Shown: in pieces, positions 34,310 through 43,391 of the stretch | Position numbering within the stretch: the first letter of the stretch is position 1 | Layout: the number at the start of each line of letters is the position of its first letter | NCBI GenBank assembly: GCA_964291215.2 | Contig: OZ219791.1 | Location: 1,632,001 to 1,696,000, forward strand | From: Alphaproteobacteria bacterium | GTDB taxonomy: Bacteria; Pseudomonadota; Alphaproteobacteria; MPNO01; UBA830 | Length of the DNA: 64,000 nt | Reading direction: 5' to 3' | Made by a program: the position numbers and the translations under genes | The notes under the pieces: model-generated | Databases searched by the model: none | The model's input: only the letters and a program-made list of their open reading frames with translations | What the model was told of the DNA's origin: nothing

Positions 34310-35936
34310 AATCCCCCGCCGCTCGCCTCCGCGTCCGCGGCAGCAGACCGGAAGATTCAGTCCATAACCCGTGGCTGATCGCCGGAAGCAGACCTGGGCA
34401 GTTACAAAAAAACTGCCTCAAGCCATGGCAGCGGGTTGGGTGGGTGATTCCTCCTCAAGGGAACGCCGACTTCGCCGCAGCGAAGGTGCTCGATGTCTAT
34501 CGCCGCCCCTATGATGCCGCCTTCCCCGTGGTCTGCATGGACGAAACGCCCCGACCGGCGAGACACGGCAACCGATCGCCATGGCGCCGGGACGGGCGTA
34601 ACGACTACGAGTATCGACGTTGCGGTACCTGCAACGTCTTCACGGAACCCCTGGCCGGCAAGCGCATGACCAAGGTAACCGAGCGCAAGATCGATTGGGC
34701 GCAGTTCCTGGCCGACATCGCCGGGCGCTACCAGGACGCCACCACCATCACCCTGGTGATGGACAACCTCAACACTCACCGGCCCGGCGCCTTCTATGAG
34801 GCCTACCCGCCGGACGAGGCCAAGGCCCTGTGGGACCGCTTCGAGTTCGTCTACACTCCCAAGCACGGCAGTTGGCTGAACGTGGTCGAACTCAACGTCA
34901 TGATCCGCCAGTGCCTGAACCGCCGCATCGACTGCATCGAGGTGCTACGCCGGGAAGTTGCCGCCTGGCAGGCGACCGCATCCAGGCCAAGGTGGATTGG
35001 CAGTTCACCACCGACGATGCCCGCGTGAAACTCAAACGCCTTTATCCGACATTTGACGAATGACAAGACACTAGCTTAGCCCCAGTAAGAATGCCTCAAG
35101 CATGTTGCGCTCCGCCCCCGTCAACCTAGGCCGCAACATGCCGGAGCCGGCCGAACCGGAACACTGCGGAGACGCGTGAATCCGAGTTCCGGTCAGTACC
35201 AATCGGCTTGCGACGATCCGCATCCGAAAACCGTGGGATGGAAAACCCACCGTTTTCACAATACTGGGCAATACGGATCATGATCAGGACCATTCTGTTG
35301 TCGCGATCGGCGGCGGACAACCGTGTCAGAGTGGCCGTTCTTGAAGTTGGTGGCACCGTCTCAAGGTCGGAACCGGCATATCGACAACGAAATCCGCCCC
35401 CGAATGGACCTCCAGATCTGCCTACAACGCCCCCTCGTCGGACGGAACCGTACAAAAGAAGAGCCTTGGGATCATGATCGCAATGCCCGATTTGCAACCA
35501 CGGTCAGGACTCTTGGCCGGACTAACGGTTCTTGAAACCCGGCGGCATCAGTGCCCGGTCGCCAAACCACCAGACGGTCGCCGTCGAAGCGGAGATGAAT
35601 ACGTCAAGAAACTGGTCCACGGATCGCGGGCCAACACCTATACCCTGGTTTTCTACAACGCCGCGCCGGTCGTCTGGGTCAAGCGCGCCTAGGTCCCGGC
35701 CGCCGAACGGCGCCTGGCTCTCCACGGCCGCCGGGACGTGAAATCCTCGCGGCGGCAATTCGCGCGGTCGGGCATCGGGTTCTGCCTGGAGGTTCTGCGG
35801 CCGGCTCTCCGCGCCGGTGTTTCGGACCGGCGCCGCCTCGCGGAGCGCCGGCTCCTCGGTCATTTCGCGGACCTCTCGGCCTACGTTCGGCTGACTAGCT
35901 TTTGAGCCGCGTCCCCTCTCCCCCTTCTTCAGGGGG

Positions 35937-37159
35937 CTACTGGATTCACACATCTGGTTTGAGTTGGTATCCGCGTTGTATGGCTCTGAACTGGTAGAGG
36001 CCGTTGAGCATGACGACGGGTCCGGGTTTTCCATAGTATCCGGTCCATCCTCCGAGGCGGGCGCAGACCCATGCGGCGAAGGCGAGGGAGCCTTTTGGAT
36101 GGGGGCTTTTCTGTTTTTCGGTCTTGCCTTCGAGCGCGGGCCGGTCTTCGGCGTCGAAGACATCCTGGAGTGGTCTTCCCCCGCCGCCATCGCGGTCCTG
36201 GACCATCTGCATGCAGGAGACGCCGGCCACGAGCGTCATCGCGCAGAGCGTCGTGAAGGGCGCGGTCTCCATGGAGACGCGCTCGATGTCGAAGCCCTTG
36301 GACTTGATGGTGCGGAACACCTGCTCGATCACCCAGCGCCGGCGGTAGAGTTGGGTGATCTAGCGCGCCTGCTCGAAGCTCTCGACCCGGTGGCTGGTCA
36401 GCAGCCGCCAGTGCGCCGGCGTCACCCCGGGCGGCGGGTCGATCTCGCGCGCCTCGACAAGGAAGACGGGCTGGCTGGCCGGGCGCCACGGGCCTGTTCC
36501 TCGGATGCCGAAGCGGAGGGCGATCCGGGCCTTGCGCTTCCGTTGTCCGGGACGGGCCGGCAGGTCGATCATGTGCTCCTTCTCCGGCCTGTCGGCCAAG
36601 CTGGAGAACAGCTTGCCCGTCCCCTCCGAGACCGCCCGGTCCTGCGCCGCCCGGATCAGCACCTCCACCCCTTCGGGCTGGTCGGCGAACATCTCGTAAA
36701 TGTCGCCCTCCCGGTCGCAAACCGCCGTCACCCGCGCCGCCCCCGCCAAACAACGCTCGCTGGCCTGCAGGCCGTCGTCGCGGAAACTCGTCGTGTCCTG
36801 GATCGCCAGAATATCCAGACCCTCAACCCGCTCCGCCGTCCCCGACGACGCCTGTTCGACAATCTTCTCCACCGTCACCTTGCCGTTCCGCAGAAACCGG
36901 CCGATCCGAACCTCGCCCGCCCGATCGCCCCCCAGACGACGCACCGAAATACCCCGGGGACCGTGCCGGACAAGACAATCATGCAAAAACCGACACGACC
37001 GGTCCACACGACGGTCGCCGAAATGCGCCACAGTGTTGGCCATCCCTCCACACCTCTCGACAATGCTCAAACCCCGCCAGGCAAAGAAGCAGAACCGCAA
37101 AAAAACCGTAAACCGTCACCCATAAAACACATCACGGGCCAGATATGTGAATGCAGTAG
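35937..37159 (-). mobile_element. IS4-family element, transposase pseudogene
   Basis: 21-bp IRs CTACTGGATTCACACATCTGG / CTACTGCATTCACATATCTGG; FGDRR, AIQDTTS, VCDREGDIYE, WRLLT, YRRRWVIEQVFRTIKS, ARLGGW; stop codon and large internal losses. Confidence 0.9.
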
Positions 37160-37244
37160 CCCTCGGGGAGAGGGATGCGAAGGCTTGGCGAGCCTGCGAG
37201 TCTTAGCCGTAGCTGGGTGAGGGGGGTAAATCGACACTCCCCCC

Positions 37245-38168
37245 TCACCCGGCGCCGTCCGGACCCCTGAGCCGCGCCCGGGCCTGCTCTACCAAATGCT
37301 CGTTGAACCGGCGCCGGGCCTCGGCGACCTCCTCGGGCGTCCATTCCCGAAAACCCTTCCCGGCGTCCATGCCGAGTTCCCCGGCCGCCACCTTGTCCGT
37401 CAGCAGTTCTTGAGGTTCGGTCGAGCGGTCCAGATCGGCCAGCAGCGTCCGGTGAATGTCGAGCGTCAGGTTGAGCCCGACGAGATCGGAGTTTTCCAGC
37501 GGGCCCATGACGGCGAGCCGCATGCCGAACCCTTCCTTGACCACCAGATCGGCGGTCTCCGCGTCGCAGATTCCGTTTTCCACCAGGGCGATGGCTTCCC
37601 GTTTGAGGGCGTGCTGGAGGCGGTTGCCGATAAAGCCGGGCACATCCTTCTTCACGTGGACGGCGGTCTTGCCCACCGAACGCAGCAGTTCGATCGTCGG
37701 TTCGACGATCGCCGGGTCGGTCCGGTCCCCCTGGATGACTTCCACCAATGGCACCAGATGAGGCGGGTTCCAAAAGTGGGTACCGATCACCCGGCCCGCG
37801 TCACTCAGCTCCCGGGCAATTTCACTGATCGGCAGTCCGGAGGTATTGCTGGCGAGGATCGTTCGGTCGCCGGTCATGGATACCAGATCGGCAAATATTC
37901 GCCGCTTCAGCTCCAGCTTTTCGGGCGCCGCTTCGATGACCAGATCGGCATCGCCGACCGCGCCCTCCGGTTCGCCTGTCAGTTCCAGGCCATCTAGCCC
38001 GGCGGCATCCAGTTCCAGTAAATTGAAGATCGACCGGATGCGCTCGGGCGCGCTCGCCAGCGTATCCGGGTCCGGATCCTGCAGCGCCACCGGATGCCCG
38101 GCGGCGAGAAATACCTGGGCAATGCCGTGGCCCATGAGGCCCGCGCCGAGTACAGCGATCCGTTTCAT
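37245..38168 (-). CDS. 3-hydroxyacyl-CoA dehydrogenase family protein
   Basis: VLGAGLMGHGIA, EAAPE, ASNTSG, HFWNPP, PGFIGNRLQ. Confidence 0.93.
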   Translation of the reverse strand: MKRIAVLGAGLMGHGIAQVFLAAGHPVALQDPDPDTLASAPERIRSIFNLLELDAAGLDGLELTGEPEGAVGDADLVIEAAPEKLELKRRIFADLVSMTGDRTILASNTSGLPISEIARELSDAGRVIGTHFWNPPHLVPLVEVIQGDRTDPAIVEPTIELLRSVGKTAVHVKKDVPGFIGNRLQHALKREAIALVENGICDAETADLVVKEGFGMRLAVMGPLENSDLVGLNLTLDIHRTLLADLDRSTEPQELLTDKVAAGELGMDAGKGFREWTPEEVAEARRRFNEHLVEQARARLRGPDGAG

Positions 38169-38177
38169 CGGCGACGG

Positions 38178-38990
38178 CTAACCGGCGGTGAAGCCGCCAT
38201 CCACATACATGACCTGCCCCGTGCAAAAGTCGGATGCCGGCGAAAGGAGATACAACGCCATTCCCATCAGATCTTCGACCTCCGCCAAACGGCCCAGGGG
38301 GATTCGCGAGAGCGATCTGGCGCGGGTCGCCTGCCCCAGCTCGTCCTCTTCGTCATACATCCACGCCGTGAGCTTCGAGCGGAACACGGTCGGCGCGATG
38401 GCGTTCACGGTGATGCCGTACTTCGACCATTCGGTCGCCAATACCCGGGTCAATGCATCCGTGGCGCCCTTCGAGGTGCAGTATCCGGTATAGCCGGAGA
38501 TGTTGCCGTGGCGCCCGCGGACGGACGACATCATGACCATCTTGCCCTTGACCTCGTTTTCGATCCAGTAGGTGCCGAGTGCCTTGGCCATGAACCAATT
38601 GCCCCGGACATTGGCGTCCATCACCGCCTGCCAGGTCTCATAGTCGAGTTCGTGAATAAACCCGGCCTTGTTGTAGCCGGACCCGATCGCCAGCAGGTCG
38701 GCGCCCCCGAACTCGTCGAGGGCGGCCTCGAGCATGGCCTCGGCGTCTTCGAGCGTATCGGGCCGCCGGTAGACGGCAATCGCGTTTCCGCCGACGTCCT
38801 TCACATCGGCGACCGCCTCATCGAGGTCTTCCTTGGTCCCGGACGCCATGACCACGTTCGCCCCGAGCGCGCCCAACGCTATGGAAACGCCCCGCCCGAA
38901 CGCGCCCGAGGCGCCGGTCACGACGGCGGTCTTGCCCTTCACGTCGAACATGCTGAGCGGATTTCTGAGGGTGTCGCTGATCTCCCCCAT
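38178..38990 (-). CDS. SDR-family oxidoreductase (paralog of 19861..20649)
   Basis: TGASGAFG, SSVRG, YCTSK, VNAIAPTVFRS, RIPLGRLA; likely start MGEISD. Confidence 0.92.
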   Translation of the reverse strand: MGEISDTLRNPLSMFDVKGKTAVVTGASGAFGRGVSIALGALGANVVMASGTKEDLDEAVADVKDVGGNAIAVYRRPDTLEDAEAMLEAALDEFGGADLLAIGSGYNKAGFIHELDYETWQAVMDANVRGNWFMAKALGTYWIENEVKGKMVMMSSVRGRHGNISGYTGYCTSKGATDALTRVLATEWSKYGITVNAIAPTVFRSKLTAWMYDEEDELGQATRARSLSRIPLGRLAEVEDLMGMALYLLSPASDFCTGQVMYVDGGFTAG

Positions 38991-39025
38991 GCGGGCCTCC
39001 CAATTCTGTTTCTCAGGTGTTTTCG

Positions 39026-39856
39026 TTAGCTGCCGGTCTCGAACCGGAAGTCCTGTCCGGGATCGACCACCGCCAATATGCGCACCCCGCATCCGTCGCC
39101 GCCCTCCCAACGCCATGGGAAGCACATGAAGGTGCAGCGCTTGCCGGTTACCTTGTCCAGATCCCCGCCCACGTTCTCGATGCCCGGAATGCCGCCGCCG
39201 ATCATCAGCGTCTTGTGTCCGGCCTCCCAATCCGGGAAATCCTCCTTCGGATCCCGGCCGAACTCGGCCTTGTATTCCTCGATCAGGTGGGGGTGGGTCG
39301 GCCCGAGACCGTGATCGACCAGCTTGGTCGCCATGGGATGGTCGTTGGACTGCACGTCATACCCGACCAGCTTGACCTTCCTGTCCACCAGCCACTGGGC
39401 GCCTTCCTTGTAGATACCCGGCGAGTAGGCGTAGTAGTCGTCGGTGTCTTCCATGTGATGATGCATGCCGGTATTGATCATCACCATGTCGCCTTCCCGG
39501 ATTTCCGGCCGGGCGTTTTCCAGATCCTCGGCGGTGATCACCTCCCACCGCTTTTTCGGAATAGAGACCGCGACACCGGTGCCGAAGAACCGCCAAATGG
39601 AATAATCCATGATATGCGGCGTGTTTTCCGTCACATGGATGGGAGCATCCATATGGGTGCCCCGGTGCATGATGCCTTCGAACTCGGCTTGGTAAACGCC
39701 GTCCTTGGCGTGGAATTTCCTGACGTGGACGTTGACCCCCGGGGTCGACGGCCATTCCGGCATGTGATGGCCCCAGTCCTGACTCAAGTTGTAAATGGTC
39801 AGGCTTTCATTGCCGCCCGCCAGGTCCAGGTCTTCGGATGTGCGGATATCGTCCAT
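39026..39856 (-). CDS. Cyclase family (kynurenine-formamidase-like) metal hydrolase
   Basis: HRGTHMDAP metal motif, GIENVGG. Confidence 0.9.
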   Translation of the reverse strand: MDDIRTSEDLDLAGGNESLTIYNLSQDWGHHMPEWPSTPGVNVHVRKFHAKDGVYQAEFEGIMHRGTHMDAPIHVTENTPHIMDYSIWRFFGTGVAVSIPKKRWEVITAEDLENARPEIREGDMVMINTGMHHHMEDTDDYYAYSPGIYKEGAQWLVDRKVKLVGYDVQSNDHPMATKLVDHGLGPTHPHLIEEYKAEFGRDPKEDFPDWEAGHKTLMIGGGIPGIENVGGDLDKVTGKRCTFMCFPWRWEGGDGCGVRILAVVDPGQDFRFETGS

Positions 39857-39857
39857 G

Positions 39858-40670
39858 TCAGTCCACCTCCTTGCCGCTGTCGATTCGGCAGTTTCCGCCG
39901 GGATCGATCATGGCCACGAATCTCACCGGGCACGCATCGCCCTGGTCCCATTTCCACGGCGCGCCGTGGAACGTCGCCCGCTTGCCGAGCAGATCATCCA
40001 CATCCCCGCCGACCTGTTCAATGGTCGGGATGCCGGCGGCCAACAGCGTCCTGTGGGCCGCGTTCCACTCGGGAAAATCGTCCTTCGCCCGGCGCCCCGT
40101 CGCCTCCTCGTATTTCGGAACCAGCCTGTTCATCAGCGGCCCGCCCCTGTGCGGGCCCAGCGACGTCGCCAGGGGGTGATCGACCTGCGGCGTATCGACG
40201 GCCACAAGCCTGACCTCGCGGGCCGCCAGCCACTCGGCGGCGTCCTTCGACAGTCCCGGCGAATCCCCGAAGTATTCGAGGCTGTCGGAGTATTTACGGT
40301 GCCAGCCGGTGACGATCACGACAAAATCGCCGCGCCGGACGCCGGGAGCCGCCGCCTCCAGGTCTTCCGTGGTCACCAGTTCCCACATCCCCTTGGGAAC
40401 GGACAGGACGACGCCGTTGCCGAACAGATGCTCCAGCGCGATCTGGCCGACGGCGGCCCCCCGCTGAACCAAATGAAGCGGCGCATTCATATGAGTGCCG
40501 GAATGCATGACCATCCTGATGCGATGGGTCATGACGCCGTGTTGAGCGTGCTTGACGGAACGATACATCCGGACGTCGTCGTCGCCCGGCATGGAGGGCG
40601 CGCCCACGCCCCAAACGTGGCTGAGCTCGAACAACTGAAGGCCCGAATAGGGATCGACAACGGCATTCAT
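39858..40670 (-). CDS. Cyclase family protein (variant motif)
   Basis: HSGTHMNAP, DHPLAT, TIEQVGG; paralog of the adjacent gene. Confidence 0.88.
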   Translation of the reverse strand: MNAVVDPYSGLQLFELSHVWGVGAPSMPGDDDVRMYRSVKHAQHGVMTHRIRMVMHSGTHMNAPLHLVQRGAAVGQIALEHLFGNGVVLSVPKGMWELVTTEDLEAAAPGVRRGDFVVIVTGWHRKYSDSLEYFGDSPGLSKDAAEWLAAREVRLVAVDTPQVDHPLATSLGPHRGGPLMNRLVPKYEEATGRRAKDDFPEWNAAHRTLLAAGIPTIEQVGGDVDDLLGKRATFHGAPWKWDQGDACPVRFVAMIDPGGNCRIDSGKEVD

Positions 40671-40804
40671 GAATCGTTTTCCCGGCTGAACTGTTTGGCT
40701 TCCATCGGTTCCGTTTGGCGGTCTTCAAAAACGGATCACGTTCATTTTTGTATTTGGGTCGGTCTTTGTCGAATGCCCAATGAGCATGGGCGGGGCAACA
40801 AATT

Positions 40805-41617
40805 CTATGGCAGCCGCAGGGCCCGGTTTGCGCGCATCGCGGCAATTATGGACGAGCCAAGCATGAAATTCCGCGCCCGCGCCGGATCGGCGGCCGTCGA
40901 CCGCAACTCGTCCAAGAATTTGGCGCGTCTCGCCGGGTCCTTGGCTTCCAGCCTGCGCTTGTTTTGAATTGTCTGCTGCTGAACGAATTCCTCGGCGAAC
41001 GTCCTGCGCTGATGGTCGTACAGGTCCAGTTCGTCTTCGGCCGCCCCGTCCCGTATCACCGCCGCCAAGCGGCCGCTCAAATTCATCGCATCCTGAATCC
41101 CGCCGTTCAGCCCCATTCCGCCAATGGAATTATTGACGTGAGCGGCGTCACCCGCGATGAGGACGCGGCCCTTGCGAAAAGACGCCGCCACCCGTTGATG
41201 CACCGTATAGAGGTTGCGGTGAACGATGTCGTACGGCTCCTTCCGCGGAAAGAAATTCTGCAGCTTCGCCTGTACGAAATCGTTGGCGAGCAATTCGTCC
41301 TCGTGCGCCTCGGGGTCCGCCGGATATACGGTGCGCCAGAGCCCCGGCGGTCCGTCCCCGGCCACCTTGAAGCAATTGCACCATTCCTCGGGGTCGGCGA
41401 TGTAGTTGCGGTAGCACATACCCCGCTCGGCCTCGAAATCGAATGGCGTGGTGAGAACCAGAAAGCGCTCGGGTTAGGTAAACCCCTCGAACGGTATCGT
41501 CATTTGCTTCCGCACAAGGCTTCGGCCTCCGTCGCCGCCGATCAGATAATCGCCCGAGAAAGTTCGAACGCCGTCCGGCGTATCCACGTCCACTTCGACC
41601 GACGCCGATCTGTGCAT
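40805..41617 (-). pseudogene. FAD-dependent monooxygenase lacking its N-terminus, with an internal stop
   Basis: YLIGGDGGRS, GFT*PERF (TAA at 41474-41476), GRVLIAGDAAH, GGMGLNGGIQD; no GxGxxG. Confidence 0.85.
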
Positions 41618-41621
41618 TTGC

Positions 41622-42005
41622 TTATTGAATCGCCTCGGATTTTCGGACCTCGTTGATCATCGAGGTCCGCACGAGCAATTCCCGCGATTTCCCGGCGTCT
41701 TCGGCAACCGCCCTCAACTCATCCTGCCGCCGCTTTCGGACGGCCGGGTCCTTCTCCTCAAGATTCTTCTTGTTCCGGATCGTCTGCGCCTGGACATATT
41801 CGACCGCGATGGGCCGGCGCTGGCGGTCATACCGGTCGAGGAGATCGTCGCTCTCTCCTCCGCGGATGATGCGGACCAGATTGTTGGCGAGGTTGATGCC
41901 GTCATGCAACCCACCGTTCATCCCCATTCCGCCGAGCGGGTTGTTGACGTGCGCCGCATCGCCGGCAAGCAGAATACGTCCCTTCCGATAGGTCTCCGCG
42001 ACCCG
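41622..42005 (-). pseudogene. C-terminal fragment of a second FAD-dependent monooxygenase
   Basis: RVAETYRKGRILLAGDAAHVNNPLGGMGMNGGLHD; cut off at the IS630 junction. Confidence 0.85.
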
Positions 42006-42638
42006 CTAAAAAAGAGATCAAGCCGTGGCTGAAGCAGTACTGGTGCATTCCACCGCACCGGAGCGCACAGTTCGTGGCGGCGGACATGCTTGACATTTGT
42101 CAGCGGGACTTTGCCGGGAACGAGGTGCTGAGACCAGCCGGCAGCAGACGAAGCCCCCCCCCCCCCGGTCAGCCGGAGGTGGTCGACCATGAATATGAGC
42201 GCAACGGCCAACCTTTTCCTGGCCTTTACGCCCAACGAGAACTGGCGCACGGTGAAAGTCACCGACCGCTGCGGGACCGGGCGCACTTCATCCGGGAGCT
42301 TGCCGACGACCATTTCCCCGACAGGAAGATCGTGCTGGACAATCTGAACACGCACAGTCCCGCATCACTGTATGAAGCCTTCGAGCCCGAGGAGGCGGGT
42401 GCGAAAGCGGTTCGAGTTTCGCTACATGCCGAAGCACGGAAGCTGGCTCAACATGGCCGAGATCGGTGCGCTGTCGCGGCAATGCCTTCGGCGACGCATT
42501 CCCGACCGTGACACCATGCGACGGGAGACGGCGGCGTGGGTGGAACGGCGCAATGCGGCCGATGTCACTGTCGACTGGCGTTTCACGACGAAGGATGCCC
42601 GGACGAAACTGAAGTCTCTATATCCGTCAATCCAATAA
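42006..42638 (+). pseudogene. IS630 transposase, C-terminal (DDE) half, frameshifted
   Basis: IKPWLKQYWCIP, DHEYERNG, VLDNLNTH, PKHGSWLNMAE, WRFTTKDARTKLKSLYP. Confidence 0.88.
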
Positions 42639-42659
42639 TTCCAGACTGCTAGGGCCGAC

Positions 42660-43278
42660 ACAGAGCGGCAGGGGGCGTTGGTGGCGGACTTCGAGGCGAG
42701 GGTGACGTCGATGCTCAGTTTCAAGGCGCTGGCGGGCCCGATCGAAATCTGGTTCCAGGACGAAGCGCGCGTCGGCCAAAAAGGGATGACGACGCGCGTC
42801 TGGGCGCATGGGAGGCAACGTCCGCGCATCGTGCGCGACTATCACTATGGCTATCTGTTCGGCGCCACCTGTGCATAGCGCGGCGTCGCCCATGTGGCGA
42901 ACAGGGCGAACTCGGCGGCGATGAACGAGCATCTGGCGGCGGTCGGCGCGGCCGTGGCGCCGGGTGCGCACGACGTGATCATACTGGACGGGGCAGGCTG
43001 GCATCGCTCGGGCGACCTTCTCGTGCCCCCCAACCTGACGCTCCTACATCTGCCGCCATACAGTCTGGAACTCAGTCCCATGGAGCAGATCGTCCTGGTC
43101 CTGAAATCGAACCGCTTCGCCAACCGTGTGTTCAAGGATGTCGCCGCCCTGAGGGAAGCCTGCGGGACGGCATGGCAATGGCTCATCGAGCAACCCGACA
43201 TCATCACCAAAACAACCCGACGAAGCTGAGCCATCGCGCCACAGTGACGACCCTCACGACTCAATGCATAGGTCTATA
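42660..43278 (+). pseudogene. IS630-family transposase remnant (different subfamily)
   Basis: IWFQDEARVGQKG, ILDGAGWH, LPPYSLELSPME; internal stop; boundaries approximate. Confidence 0.82.
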
Positions 43279-43391
43279 TGACTTGCGGTTGGTATTATTA
43301 GCATGGGATGATCGTGGTTTGCGGCGGCTCGGCGGCGACAAGCGCTGCCGTTCACTGTATAGTGCGGGCGCAACCAGACGGTAAGTCCTTG

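Larger units (their letters stand above)
30719..34405 (+). mobile_element. IS66-family (ISBst12-like) element carrying a DNA adenine methyltransferase
   Basis: IRs GTAACTACCCAGGT / GTAACTGCCCAGGT; exact 8-bp TSD AAAAAAAC; MTase then transposase on the same strand. Confidence 0.92.
30204..35071 (+). mobile_element. IS630-family element interrupted by the IS66-MTase element
   Basis: IRs GTGTTATGTCA / GTGTCTTGTCA, TA duplication; orfA 30277-30718 (...SHETVRRVLKK), orfB remnant 34406-35063 (VCMDE, VMDNLNTH, TPKHGSWLN). Confidence 0.92.
28197..35103 (-). pseudogene. tctA: Tripartite tricarboxylate transporter TctA (with TctB-like C-terminus), interrupted by IS630 and carrying a nonsense codon
   Basis: GIPGT, LDGYPLAQKG, GVIAPEAANNA, PTVAFGIPGS; first 10 codons (MLEAFLLGLS) at 35074-35103, remainder 28197-30200 in one frame; the rejoined site reads TAG in frame. 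Confidence 0.88.
14028..42649 (+). mobile_element. IS630-family element split by a ~27.4 kb insert
   Basis: IRs GTAGTCCACCGACATTGTATTGA (14028) and GCAGTCTGGAATTATTGGATTGA (reverse, 42649), each next to TA in CTAG. The transposase breaks at ...ETVRNT (14607) and resumes at LKK/EIKPWLKQYWCIPP (42006). Confidence 0.75.

Noticed and set aside
35104-35900. Short ORFs between the tctA start and the IS4
   Set aside because: No recognisable family; probably degraded sequence, cannot be called.
42154-42166. C13 homopolymer as a phase-variation switch
   Set aside because: Lies in a dead transposase; slippage or sequencing error is more likely.
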